The notes under the pieces: generated by a model
Seen by the model: the letters and a program-made list of their open reading frames with translations, nothing else
Told to the model about the DNA's origin: nothing
The model's database searches: none
Source of the DNA: Malacoraja senta
Lineage: Eukaryota
DNA length: 64,000 bases
NCBI GenBank assembly: GCA_038087875.1
Contig: CM075992.1
Span: forward strand, 5,024,001-5,088,000
Direction of reading: 5' to 3'
Shown: piece by piece, positions 34,851-47,394 of the stretch
Layout of the letters: the number at the start of each line of letters is the position of its first letter
Numbering within the stretch: the stretch's first letter is position 1
Position numbers and translations under genes: made by a program

Positions 34851-35609
34851 TAGCTACATGTGGCAATAAAGAACCATTGAACCATTGACCTGACAGAAGT
34901 TTATAACATTATGAGAGGCATTGGAAGGAAAGACAGTCGGAGCCTTTACTCCCACGGTACAAATGTCAAATACTAAAGGGCATACGTTTATGATGAGAGG
35001 GGCAAAGTTTAAAGCAGATGTGTGGGCAAGTTTTTTCACACAGAGAGTGGTGGGTGCCTGGATGTTGATGGAGGGGTGGTGATGGAGGCGGATACCACAG
35101 GTCAAAAGGTCGCAAGTGATAAGAGTAAAATTAGGCCATTCGGCCCATCATGTCTACTCCGCCATTCAATCATGGCTGATCAAGAGGCTTTTGCATCGGC
35201 ACGTGGATATGTAGTTAATGGAGGGATGTGGATCGGGTGCAGACAGATGGGATTAGTTCAGTTTAACAGCCCCTCCTGCGGCATTCCATTCCCCTTCCCC
35301 TCCGCATCCAGACCCACGCACCCTCTCAGCAAGGATGGAACAGCGCCAGCTGAACCCTTCATGATATGGACGGGAGCCTTGCCCTTGACCGGGGAGATAG
35401 GCGGAGCAGTCTGTGTGAACCACTGCCCCAGTGAAAACATTGGCAAGAAAGTGATGTTATACTGAGTGATCCTTGGTATGATGACCTTCACCAGGCTCCT
35501 ATAGACCGTGGTCTACACTCGGTGTGGTGTCCGTGGAGCTGCGGGCTACATTTCATCAGGCATGAAACTTAAGCGAGCCGCAGTCAGAGTATTGAGTAGC
35601 GAAATCGGG

Positions 35610-35829
35610 AGATAGCCACAAAATGCTGGAGTAACTCAGTGGGACAGGCAGCGTCTCTGGAGAGAAGGAATGGGTGACGTTTCGGGTCGACACTGAGTCT
35701 GAAGAAGGGTCTTGACCCGAGCCGTCACCCATTCCTTCTCTCGAAAGATGCTGCCTGTCCCGCTGAGTTACTCCAACACTTTGTGGCTATCTTCGATTTA
35801 AACCAGCATCTGCAGTTCTTTCCTACACA
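35610..35829. mobile_element. Penelope-like inverted terminal-repeat pair
   Basis: About 80-bp arms forming a hairpin, hammerhead-like core at 35699-35726. Confidence 0.7.
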
Positions 35830-36822
35830 TAGACTGGGTGCAGAGAAGATTTACGAGAATGTTGCCAGGACTCGAGGGCCTGAACTATAGGGAGATGTTG
35901 AGCAGGCTGGGACTATTCCCTAAAGCACAGGGGGATGAGGGGTGATCTTATAGAGGTGTACAAAATCATGAGAGGAGTAGATCGGGTAGACACAGAATGC
36001 CCAGAGTGGTGGAATCGAGAACAAGAGAACATAGATTTAAGGTGAGGGGAGAAATATTTAATAGGAACCTGAGGGGTAACTTTTTCATACAAAGAGTGGT
36101 GGATGTATGGAATGAGCTTGTGGAGAAGGTAGTGGAGGCAGATACAATTGCAATGTTTAAGAAACATTTGGACAGGTACCTGGTTAGGACAGGTTTAGAA
36201 GGATAAGGGCCAAAAGCAGGCAGGTGGGACTGGTGTGGATGGGACATGTTGGTCGACATGGGCAAGTTGGGCTGAACATCATGTTTCTATGCTGTATGAC
36301 TATGACATGCGGAGAGGATGTTTCCACTAGTGGGAGAGCCTAGGACTAGAGGTCATAGCCTCAGAATTAAAGGACGTTCTTTCAGGAAGGAGATGTGGAG
36401 ACATTTATTTAGTCAGAGGGTGGTGAATCTGTGGAATTCTTTGCCACAGATGGCTGTGGAGGCCAGGCCAGTGGATATTTCATAAGTTCATGTTCATTTA
36501 TTGTCACATACACCAATTGGTGCGGTGAAATTCACTGGCCAGGTCAGTCATACAATTTAAAAAGCAACAGATTCAAAAAAACACATTTTGACATAAACAT
36601 CCATCGCAGTGACTCCTACACATTCCTCACTGTGATGGAAGGCGAAAAGGCAGAGATAGATAAGGCAGAGATAGATAGATTCTTGATTAGTACAGGTGTC
36701 AGGGGTTATGGGGAGAAGGCAGGAGAATGGATTTAGGAGGGAGAGATAGATCAGCCATTATTGAATGGCGGAGTAGACTTGATAGGCCGAAAGGCCTAAT
36801 TCTACTCCTATTCCTGATGACA
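35830..36822 (+). mobile_element. Two adjacent CR1 3' fragments (35830-36308 and 36310-36822), the second interrupted at 36481-36646
   Basis: RGNFFIQRVVDVWNEL and MFPLVGEPRTRGHSLRIKG coding; two CR1 tails. Confidence 0.8.
36481..36646 (-). mobile_element. 3' fragment of a Rex1-tailed non-autonomous retroelement
   Basis: GCCTTCCATCACAGTGAGG hairpin and AATTTCACC...TGTGACAATAAATGAAC tail on the minus strand. Confidence 0.55.
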
Positions 36823-37062
36823 CTGAGATTTATGGCCAGTTATTTTAAGGTGGAAGTTCACCTACTGGTGTTAATCTGCCTCAGGAAAGTTGGCAGAGTT
36901 CCCACAGGCAGAAGGCACAACAATCCATAGACACAACATGGCTAAACTCTTGTGCGCCAGGCCTCAGTTTATCTTAACATGGGATAATCAAGGTTGCACG
37001 ATATAATCGCAGTGTTTACCTTGATGGCGAGGTTGTCTCCATGTGAGTCTCAATGAACACAC

Positions 37063-37386
37063 AAGGATGTTTCCACTGGTGGGAGAGTCTAGGACCAGAG
37101 GTCATTGCCGCAGAATTAAAGGCCGCTCTTTTAGAAAAGAGGTGAGGAGGAACCTCTTTAGTCAGAGGGTAGTTAATCTGTGGAACTCATTGCCACAAAG
37201 GGCTGTGGAGGACGTCAGTGGATATTTTTAAGGCAGAGATAGACAAGTTCTTGATTAGAACGGGTGTCAAGGGTTATGGGGAGAAGGCAGGAAAATGGGA
37301 TTAGGAGGCAGAGATCAGCCACAATTGAATGGCAGAGTAGACTCGATGGGCCGAATGGCCTAATTCTACTCCAATAACTTGTGAAC
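37063..37386 (+). mobile_element. CR1 LINE 3' fragment
   Basis: RMFPLVGESRTRGH...LFSQRVVNLWNSLPQRAVE. Confidence 0.85.
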
Positions 37387-38407
37387 TTGGGTGAGCTTTC
37401 TGAGTTGCCCGCGGCCTTCCTGACTCTTCATGCATTCCAAATAAAATCCGACCTTTCTGCTTATCAACAAGATTGTTTGCTTGTGAATGTGTCTCGGCAA
37501 GACACGATGCAGTGGAGGAGAGAAAGCTGGCTGGCAAAACTATCGGCTATATTAATTAATCCTGAGAAATACAGATCAAATCTAACACCTATGTCATTCA
37601 TCCTAATATTATCCAAGTGACGGTAAACTGCTATCTGTCGAGAATTTAATTTTGTAATAATAATGCTTGATGCAGGAGAAATTGTTTTTGCTGATGACTA
37701 AGACATTATCAATGGTTGGTGTTGGCCTTGTGCCCCACTGCTTGTATTAAAATGGTGATTGGCCTTATTGAATGGCCTCCATCTGCATCACGTCAAGAAT
37801 TTTTAACGCTGATTTATATCGTCACAGACACTTTCGGCTGTTGTCTGAGAAACTCTGAGCGAGATATTCGAAGATGCTGTTGTCAGGATTTCCGCACAGT
37901 TTATTTTTCACTTAACGATGTTTCCGGGTTATCCTGATGAAAGAATGGCTGTTACAACAAAAATGGATATATGTTAGAAAAAGACACAAAATGCTGGAGT
38001 AACTCGGCACGGGTCAGGCAGCAACAGTAGAACATGGATAGGTGATGTTTCTGATCGGGACCCTTCTTCAGACTGATGCATACAGACCCTTCAGCCCATC
38101 GAGGCCCTGCTGAGCATTGATCACCTGTTCACACTAGTTCAAAGTTACCCCACTTCCGCACCCACTGCCTGCACACTCGCCGCAAATTAACCTACAAACC
38201 CGCCCGTCTTTTGGACGTGGGAGGAACCCGGAGTACCCGGAGGAAACTCATGTGGTCACAGGAGGAACGTGCAAACTCCACATGGACAGCACCCAAGGGT
38301 CAGGTTCGAACCTGGGCCTCTGGCACTGTGAGGAAGCGACTCTACCACTGCGTTACCCACCTAAATGACCACAGCAAGGTGGCACGGCCTGTGGTGAAGT
38401 TGATGTC

Positions 38408-38634
38408 TGTGGAATTCTCTGCCTCAGAGGGCGGTGGAGGCAGGTTCTCTGGATGCTTTCAAGAGAGAGCTAGATAGGGCTCTTAAAGATAGCAGAGTCA
38501 GGAGATATGGGGAGAAGGCAGGAACGGGGTACTGATTGGGGATGATCAGCCATGATCACATTGAATGGTGGTGCTGGCTCGAAGGGCCGAATGGCCTACT
38601 CTTGCACCTATTGTCTATTGTCTATTGTCTATTG
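38408..38634 (+). mobile_element. CR1 LINE 3' fragment, (CTATTGT)n tail
   Basis: LWNSLPQRAVEAGSLDAFKRELDRAL coding; tail CTATTGT repeated four times. Confidence 0.85.
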
Positions 38635-38909
38635 TTCCCCAAGTTTCACTATCACACCTTCAGCCGAAGTGACATGGACAAGTTTAGGTTCATTATTGTC
38701 ATGGGTACCGAGGAACAGTGAAATGCTTGGTTTTGCGTGCTATCCAAACAGATCAAATAACACTATACATAAATATAATCAAATCACTCAAGCACAATAG
38801 GTAGAGCAAAGAGGAAGATACAGAGTGCAGAATATAGTTCTCAGCATTGTAGCGCACCAGTTCCACAGACAAAGTCCAATGTCTGCAATGGTGTAGAGGT
38901 GAATCGGTC

Positions 38910-39538
38910 AGTAAGTAAGTAAGTAAGTTTATTGGCCAAGTATTCACATACAAGGAATTTGCCTTGGTGCTCCACCCACAAGTAACAACATGACATACAG
39001 TGACAGTTACGAATGACTCAGAAAACACTAAACATTAATAATAATAAAACATTCATGATAAAACACCATTGATCAAGCATGTGAACCAACAAAATACCAG
39101 ATCAAAGGGAGGCTACAGATTTTTGGCTGTTGAGTAGAGCAACTACTCGTGGATAAAAACTGTTTTAATGTCTGGCTGTGGCAGCTTTGACAGTCCGGAG
39201 TCGCCTTCCAGAGGGAAGTGATTCAAAGAGTTTGTGGCCAGGGTGAGAGGGGTCAGAGATGATCTTGCCCGCTCGCTTCCTGGCCCTTGCAGTGTACAGT
39301 TCATCAATGGAGGGAAGGTTGCGGCTAATAACCTTCTCAGCTGATCGGACGAATCGCTGCAGCCTCCAGGTGTTGTGCTTGGTGGCAGAGCCAAACCAGA
39401 CCATGATGGAGGTGAGAACAGACAGTACGATGGACGTGTAGAATTGGACCATCATTGCCTGTGGCAGATTGTGCTTCCTCAGCTGCTGTAGGAAGTACAT
39501 CCTCTGTTGTGCCTTTTTGACTGTGGAGTCGATGGTAG
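38910..39538 (-). mobile_element. Rex1/Babar LINE, 5'-truncated, nested in an older Rex1-type element (about 38680-39810)
   Basis: MYFLQQLRKHNLPQAMMVQFY...IISDPSHPGHKLFESLPSGRRLRTVKA; (CTTA)n tail. Confidence 0.85.
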
Positions 39539-39834
39539 CCTAGCTTATGGATGGACCGTTCAGAAGCATGATAACATTGGTTACGAAGCTGTTCCTGGGG
39601 TTGACATTTGGTAGGAGAGGGGGCTTGAAGTCATTTCAAGCTTCTGTACCTTCTGCCAGACAGGAGCAGGGAGAAGAAGGAATGACCGGGGTGGGACAAG
39701 TCTTCGATTATGTTGGCTGCTTTCCTGAGGCAAAGTGAAGAGTAAATGGAGTCAACGGTGGGAAGTTTGGCCTGTGTGATGGACTGGGCTCCATCTACAA
39801 CTCTCTGGAATTTTTCGTAAACGGGCGACACGAT

Positions 39835-40280
39835 GGCACGGTGGCACAGCGGTAGAGCTACTGCCTCACAGCGACAGAGACGTGGGTTCGATCCTGACTA
39901 CAGGTGCTGTCCGTACCGAGTTTGTACGTTCTCCCCATGATCTGTGTGGGTTTCCTCCGAGATCTTCGGTTTCCTCCCACACTCCAAAGACGCACAGGTT
40001 TGTAGGTTAAGTGGTTTGGTATAAAAAGGTTAAAAAATTGTCCGAAGAAGGGTTTCGACCCGAAATGTTGCCTATTTCCTTCGCTCCATAGATGCTGCCT
40101 CACCCGCTGAGTTTCTCCAGCATTTTTGTCCACCTTCGATTTTCCAGCATCTGCAGTTCCTTCTTACAAAAAAAAATGTTCCTAGTGTGTGTAGGATAGT
40201 GTTAATGTGCGGGGATCGCTGGTTGGCGTGGATTCGGTGGGTAAAAGGACATGTATCTCTAAACTAAACTAAACTAAAAC
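39835..40280 (+). mobile_element. HE1-like V-SINE interrupted by a Penelope-like fragment (about 40042-40167)
   Basis: SINE halves resume at AAAAAATTGTCC / AAAAAATGTTCC. Confidence 0.8.
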
Positions 40281-40534
40281 TATAAAGAAAACAATAAACT
40301 TTTGCTGCATCTGTAATCTCCACGAAAGAATGACAAAGTAACTACTTCCTGCACTTTGCATTCTGTCAAGCCTTCTATTCAGTGAAAGAACATTAACAGA
40401 AAATTCCCGGCCAGTCTGTCCCAATGATAAGTAAGAAACATTTTGTTTCGACCAGGTAATTTCCACTAATACTCCCCTCCTATCTTCCCCACTGATTCAC
40501 AGTCCTACAGTTCGAATGATTCTGACACAGAATG

Positions 40535-41040
40535 TTTAGTTTTAGATTAGTTTAGAGATACAGCGCGGAAACATCAAACAGGCCCTTCGGCCCACCGAGT
40601 CCTCACCGATCAGCGATCCCCACACATTAAAGGGCCTGTCCCACTTGGGCGTCATTTGCACGTCACGACGCACGACGCGTGTGTCGTGACACGCACGTGA
40701 TCCGCGCATGGTGCGTGGTGACGTAGGCAGTGACATGCGGTTGCACGCGGCATTTTGGGATTCACAAAATCTTCGCGCATGACGCGCAAATGACGCCCAA
40801 GTGGGACAGGCTCTTAACACCATCCATCACACACTAGGGACAAGTTACACTTATACCAAGCCAATTAACCTGCAAACCTGTACGTCTTTGGAGTGTGGGA
40901 GGAAACTGAAGATCCCGGGGAAAACCCACGCAGGTCACGGGGAGAACGTACAAACTCCGTACAGGCAGCACTTGCAATTGGGATTGAACCCGGGTCTCTG
41001 GCGCTGTAAGGCAGCAACTCTACCACTGCGCCACTGCGTC
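40535..41040 (-). mobile_element. HE1-like V-SINE carrying a MITE insertion
   Basis: SINE is colinear across 40631-40814. Confidence 0.85.
40631..40814. mobile_element. Harbinger/PIF-type MITE (184 bp)
   Basis: TAA duplicated (40628-40630 and 40815-40817); about 35-bp TIR AGGGCCTGTCCCACTTGGGCGTCATTTGC; CpG-rich. Confidence 0.88.
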
Positions 41041-41404
41041 ACCCTTCCTGACTTCCCTTCCCAATCCCAGGAATGTCGGAGGCTGAGGGGAGACCTGATC
41101 GAAGTATATAAAATTATGAGAGGCATAGAGAGGATAGACTGTCAGAATATTTTTCCCATGGTGGAAATGTCAAGGAGTAGAGGGTGTAGGGACAAGGTGA
41201 TGGACAAAGTTTAAAAGAGGAGATTAGAAATATGCAGTCCATGTCTTTTTACACAGAGGGTGGGTGGGTGACTGGAACACACTGCTTGGGGTGGTGATGG
41301 AGGCAGACACGATAATGGTCTGAAGAACATCTTCGACCCCAAACGTGACCTATTCCTTTTCTCGAGGAATGCTGCCTGACCCGCTGAGATACTCCGGCTT
41401 TTGA

Positions 41405-42751
41405 AACTCTTTGAAACTCTTTGAATCACTTCCCTCTGGAAGGCGACTCCGGATTGTCAAAGCTGCCACAGCCAGACATAAAAACAGTTTTTATCCACGA
41501 GTAGTTGCTCTACTCAACAGCCAAAAATCTGTAGCCTCCCTTTGATCTGGTATTTAGTTGGTTCACATGAATGAATGAATGAATGAATGAATGAATGAAT
41601 GAATGCTATTTATTGTCATTCAAACCTAGGCTTGAACGAAATATCATTACTACAGTTTCTTTACATTACAAAAAAAACCAAGACCCACACTTAACACAGT
41701 TTACATAAACATCCATCACAGTGAGTCTCCAACACCTCCTCACTGTGATGGAAGGCAAAGTCTTATCTCTTCTCTTTATTCTTCACCCGCGGTCCAGCAG
41801 TCCAAATGCAGCGTCTAGGCGAACTGGGACTCCGGTGTTAAAGCCCCTGGCGGACGATGGTAAATCCTGTGGCCATTTAGCCACGCCGGGCGATGTTAGG
41901 CCCCGGCTCCGTGTCCTTTAAACCCCGCGGTTCAAGCAGTCCAACCCGCGGTCCAACTGCAGCGTCTAGGCGAACTGGGGCTCCGATGTTAGAGCCCCCG
42001 GCAGACGATGGTAAGTCCCGTGGCCGCCAACCCGCGCCGGGCGATGTTAGGCCTCGCTCCGTGTCCTTTAAACCTCGCGATTCCAGCGGGAGAAGTTGCC
42101 GTTGCGGGAGCTCCGAAAAGCCGTCTCCCACCAGGGACCTGGAGCTCCCGATGTTCCTGTCCACCGGGCCCGCAGCCGGAGCTTCCGAAACTCCAAAGTC
42201 GGGTCGCAGCCGAGCGCCACCACAGCTCTCCCTGCTCCAAAGCCGGCCAGCTCCGCGATGTCAGGTCCCAGGCTCCGCGACTGGAGCCCTCAGGCTAGTC
42301 CCGGCCGGAGGCCGCCGCCGGCTCCACAATGTTAGGCCCAACGACATCGAGATCCGACAGGGAAAAAGTCGGGTCCCCGTACAGGGAAGAGATTAACGGT
42401 TTCCCCAACATCCCCCCCCTCCACCCCCCACATATACACAGCTAAAAAATAATAAAAACTAAGCTCAAGACATACATTTAACAAGACAAAAATTAAAAAA
42501 AAAGACGGACGACTGTAGTTGAGCCGCTGCCGTTAGGCACCGCCACTCCCACTGCGGGTTGGACTGCTTGAACTCCCACGTGCTTGATCAATGGTGTTTT
42601 ATCATTAATGTTTTATTATTATTAATGTTTAGTGTTTCTGAGTCATTCGTAACTGTCACTGTATGTCATGTTGTTACTTGTGGGCGGAGCACCAAGGCAA
42701 ATTCCTTGTATGTGAATACTTGGCCAATAAACTTACTTACTTACTTACTTA
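41405..42751 (+). mobile_element. Rex1/Babar LINE 3' end split by a 1-kb insertion
   Basis: 41405-41568 and 42581-42751 are near-identical to the reverse complement of 38910-39235; (CTTA)n tail. Confidence 0.85.
41569..42549 (-). mobile_element. About 1-kb GC/CpG-rich non-autonomous retroelement with Rex1-type tail and (ATTC)n end
   Basis: Cleanly interrupts the host LINE; minus strand starts GGAGTGGCGGTGCCTAACGGCAGCGG and ends TGACAATAAATAGC(ATTC)n; internal tandem duplication of about 150 bp; no RT coding. Confidence 0.65.
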
Positions 42752-42969
42752 CATTTTGTGTCTCGGTTTAAACAAGCATCTGCAGTTCCTTCCTGCACAC
42801 AATGACATTGAAGAGGCATTTAGATAGGCACATGGAGTTGCAGGGAATGGAGGGATATGGATCACGTGCTGGCACAGAGGAGATGAGTTCACTTGGCATC
42901 TCCCTCCATCCCCTCCCCCTTCCCAGTCCTCCAACCAGTCTTACTGCCTTCAGCAACATTTTATCTCTG

Positions 42970-43190
42970 TGTAAGAGAGAACTGCAGCTGCTGGTTTAAA
43001 TCAAAGGTAGACACAAAATGCTGGAGTATCTAAGCGGGTGAGGTAGCATCTCTGGAGAGAAGGAATGGGCGACGTTTCGGATCTTCAATCTGAAGAAGGG
43101 TCTCGACCCGAAACGTCACCCATTCCTTCTCTCCAGAGATGCAGCCTGTCCCGCTGAGTTACTCCAGCTTTTTGTGTCTTTCTTTGATTT
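42970..43190. mobile_element. Penelope-like inverted terminal-repeat pair with intact hammerhead-like core (43090-43117)
   Basis: CTGAAGA-A-GGGTCTCGACCC-GAAA-CG-TC. Confidence 0.7.
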
Positions 43191-44779
43191 TGTTCGACAT
43201 GATCATGTGCCGTTCTATATGCTATGTTCTATAGTCTTCTAATAGGGTCTCCGTTTGTTTGGTCTGTAATGAGCGAATGGTTAGTTTGCAATATGCTTCC
43301 TTGGTGATACATCACAATCTTCACAGTGCTCCTAATGTGGCACACCCTTGCCTCTGACCAAGGGGAGTCGGAATGTTCCTTTTCTTACCTCCAGTTCCCT
43401 CCCCTTTACTTTCAGTCCAAAGGTTTCCAAGTGGAAATGTCACCCATCCTTTTCCTCCACGATGCAGAGCTGCTGCCTCACAGTGCCAGAGACCCAGGTC
43501 AGGTTCAAACCTGACCTCGATCGCTGTCTGTGTGGAGTTTGCACATTCTCCCTGTGACCACGTGGGTTTTCTCCGGGTGCTTCGGTTTCCTCCCACATCC
43601 CAAAGACTTGCATATTTGCCCATAGTATGTGATGCGAAAGTGGGACAACATAGAACTAGTGTGAACAGTGTGGTCGGCATGGACTCGATGGGCTGAAGGG
43701 TCTGTTTGGATCAATCTGAAGAAGGGTCTCAACCAGAAACATAATGTATCCATGTTCTAATGATGCTGCTTGACCGACTGAGTTACTCCAGCTCTTTGTG
43801 TCCATCTTGTGGGAATTCAGGACCCATTCCTGCTACGACAGCAGAGGTGAGAGTGTAACGGTTCACTAATCAATGTGCAAGATAACTCAATGTCTCTGAA
43901 CCATTAAACTCCGCCATGACTGCTGGAGGTTTTATCTAACTAACTAAACCTTAATTTTGTTTAACTAAAAGTTGTACTGACGATGAAACTACTGGTTTGT
44001 TGATCATTAGTGCCCTTCAGAGAAGGAGATAGGTTGCGCAAAGGAACTGCAGATGCTGGTTTACACTGAAGATAGACACAAAGTGCTGGAGTAACTCAGC
44101 CAGCATCTCTGGAGAAAAGGAATGGGGGACGTTTCGGGTCGAGACCCTTCCTCAGACTAAGAGTCAGGGGAATTGGAAACTAGAGATATGTTGTCCTTGC
44201 TTGATATAGCCCACATGACTCCACACTCACCGATGAGCTTGACTTGAAGCAGTCCGCTCAGTTCAGGGTAATGAGGGATGGGCAATAAATGCCGGCATGT
44301 TCACATTCCTTAAATTGAACAAATAAGTGGAAACTATGGTCTACCATGAGGCTATAACATCACGAAATGAGACATTGAACCAAACCTCTGGCTGCCTTCC
44401 AAGGTGACTGTAAAAGATCATGTGGAGCTCTGGGGAATGAGAGCTCTCCCTGCCCAGTCTGAAGAAGGGTCTTGACCCGAAACGTCACCCATTCCTTCTC
44501 TCCAGAGATGCTGCCTGTCCCGCTGAGTTACTCCAGCCTTTTGTGTCTACCTCCCTACTGAGTGTTTGTGCCTCAAGTAACACCACCCTGGCCACGCTCT
44601 CAACTCGATGCTGCCATCGGGAAGAAGTTACACCAGCCTGGAAACTGTGACCTCCAGGTTCAAGAACAGCTAATTCCCTTCAACCATCAGGTTGTTGAAC
44701 ACTCCAAACATTAACCACAACCCTGTCCATTAACCCATCTACAAACCAACCTACTAACCTCCCTTGCATTGGCTCATTT

Positions 44780-45650
44780 TACACCTCACGCTACCTCGGC
44801 AAGGCCAGCAGCATAATCAAGGACGAGTCGCACCCTGGCCACTCCCTCTTCTCCCAACCTAGACTGGATAGACTTGGCTTATACTCACTAGAATTTAGGA
44901 GATTGAGAGGGGATCTTATAGAAACGTACAAGATTCTTATGGGGTTGGACAGGCTAGATGCAGGAAGATTGTTCCCGATGTTGGGGAAGTCCAGGACAAG
45001 GGGTCACAGCTTAAGGATAAGGGGAAAATCCTTTAAGACCGAGATGAGGAAAAACTTTTTCACACAGAGAGTGGTGAATCTCTGGAACTCTCTGCCACAG
45101 AGGGTAGTTGAGGCCAGTTCATTGGCTATATTTAAGAGGGAATTAGATGTGGCCCTTGTGGCTAAAGGGATCAGGGGGTATGGAGAGAAGGCAGGTACGG
45201 GATACTGAGTTGGATGATCAGCCATGATCGTATTGAATGGCGGTGCAGGCTCGAAGGGCCGAATGGCCTACTCCTGCACCTAATTTCTATGTATCTATGT
45301 ATCTATGTATCTCCCTTTGGGCAAAAGTTATAGAAGTGTGAAAACGCGCACCTCCAGATTCAGGGACAGTTTCTTCCCAGCTGTTATTAGGCAACTGAAC
45401 CATCCTATCAACTAGAGAGCAGGCTTGAGCTGCTATCTATGTCATTGGAGACTCTTGGACTTTAATTGGACTTTACTGGAATTTATCTTGCACTAAACAC
45501 TATTTATGTTATTCTCTTTATCATGTATCTGTACATTGTGGACAGCTCGACTGTAATCATGTATTGTCTTTCCGCTGACTGGTTAGCACACAACAAAAGC
45601 TTTTCACTGTACCTCGGTACACATGACAATAAACTAAACTCAAACAAACT
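44780..45650 (+). mobile_element. Rex1/Babar-type 3' end, host of a CR1 insertion
   Basis: LGKASSIIKDESHPGHSLFS...GKSYRSVKTRTSRFRDSFFP; tail ACATGACAATAAACTAAAC. Confidence 0.75.
44861..45310 (+). mobile_element. CR1 LINE 3' fragment (young subfamily)
   Basis: RGDLIETYKILMGLDRLDAGRLFPMLGKSRTRGH; (CTATGTAT)n tail; near-identical to 52856-53304. Confidence 0.9.
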
Positions 45651-45930
45651 TTGGACTTTGGTTTTGGTGTGAACTATTATGGTTTGGTTTCCAGGTTACT
45701 GATCATTGTGAATTAGTCTGAAGAAGGGTCTCGACCTGAAATGTCCATATTCTCCAGCAATGCTGCCTTACCTGCCGAGTTACTCCAGCAATTTGTGTCC
45801 TTTACTGATAATTACTAAGTATTATTGATTATTAATTTATTGTATTGTTGGTTAATATTTATGTGAATGTTTATTTATTTGTGTGGTTTTGTGTCAACGG
45901 GACCGTAATGTTGCTGCAAGAAAAACGTTT

Positions 45931-47237
45931 AATTTTTTTTAATTTTTTTTTAATATTTTAATTTTATTAGAAGTAAGTACAATAATGTGGCACCAAGGTG
46001 CCTAATATATATTGGCATGTTCCATTACATGTACAGCTTCATATTTTTTTCCTTTAATAATAAAAGAGAGAAAGAGAGAATAGGTAATAAAAAAATAGAA
46101 AAACATGTGATGTATTGGTGTGTGAAAAGGAAAAGGGGGGGAAAGAGGGGGAGTAAAAAAAAGAGAGAGAAAGAGAAGTAGTAGAGAGTAAGAGATTGTA
46201 GGAGATCGTTATCTATATTCTTGACCATCCTTCACCCAGTCCTGAAACAGTTGGTTTCTACGATTTTGCTGCACCATATGCTTCCAAGAAGTCGATAAAT
46301 GGAGACCAACTCGTTAAGAATTGGTCTGTTTTGTCTGTTAGGAGGAATCGCATTTCTTCAAGATGTGCGGTGTCCAACATGTTTGAAATCCACATTTTAA
46401 GCTGGGTGTATTTTTCCAAAATTTAAGTATACGTTTTTTTGGCGTTATTAACCCATAATTTAAAAATGAATTTTGAAATGTGTTCAGTTTGTTCCCGTCT
46501 TCCGTTACTCCAAATATAATCATTTCAGTGTTAGGCTCCATTTTTATCTTGAATAATTTTGTAAATATTTCAAAGATATCGCTCCAGAATTTATGAAGTT
46601 TTATGCAGGAAACAAAAGAGTGTGTTATAGTGGCATTTTGAGATAAACATTTATCACAAATGGGGGAAGTATTTGGATAGAATTTATTCAGTCTAGTTTT
46701 TGAATAATATAATCCATGTAGAATTTTGAATTGAATTAAGTTATGTCTTACATTAATCGAACATTTGTGTATATATATCAAATGCTTTTCCCATGTTTCT
46801 TTCGTGATTTTTATCATTAATTCTCGTTCCCAATCTTCTCTAAGTGCCTCTGTTGATGGTAGTTCTATGTTTAAAATATTATTATATAAATATGATATTA
46901 ATTTCTGTGAGTCAGCCTTAATATTCATTGCTTCTTCCAGTGTGTCTAAAGTTATAGTTTGATGTCTTTGTATGTATTTCTTCATGAAGTCGCAGATCTG
47001 AAGGTATTTAAAATATTGGTTATTTTTCAGCTTAAATTTTAATTGTAATTGTTGGAATGATAACAGATTTCCCATTTCATACATATCGCCGATCCTTTTA
47101 AGTCCTATTCTTTCCCATTGGTTATATGTTTTATCTGTAAGAGATGGTTTAAATGAAGGATTATTCACTATTGGCGTTAACAATGATAGGTTTCTTAATT
47201 TTAAAATTAATTTTATTTGTTTCCAAATTCTTTGTTC
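45931..47237 (-). mobile_element. L1-clade LINE, 5'-truncated
   Basis: 306-aa ORF with L1 ORF2 C-terminal features (IQFKILHGLYYS, CDKC...HSFVSC zinc knuckle); AATAAA and poly(A) at 45931-45970. Confidence 0.88.
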
Positions 47238-47394
47238 TTTTGATGGTAGATATGACAATTCACACTCTTGACTCTTAACACAGATTATGTGGCCATTATC
47301 ACTTTGCAGTTCATGAGTATAAATAGGCTATAAAGTTTCCTATATCACACCAGACATTACTTCTTTGTACTTCTTTGTCTGTCTGAAGGTGGTA

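Noticed and set aside
41877..42396. Overlapping ORFs of 79-167 aa on both strands
   Set aside because: By-product of high GC and an internal duplication in a non-coding retroelement.
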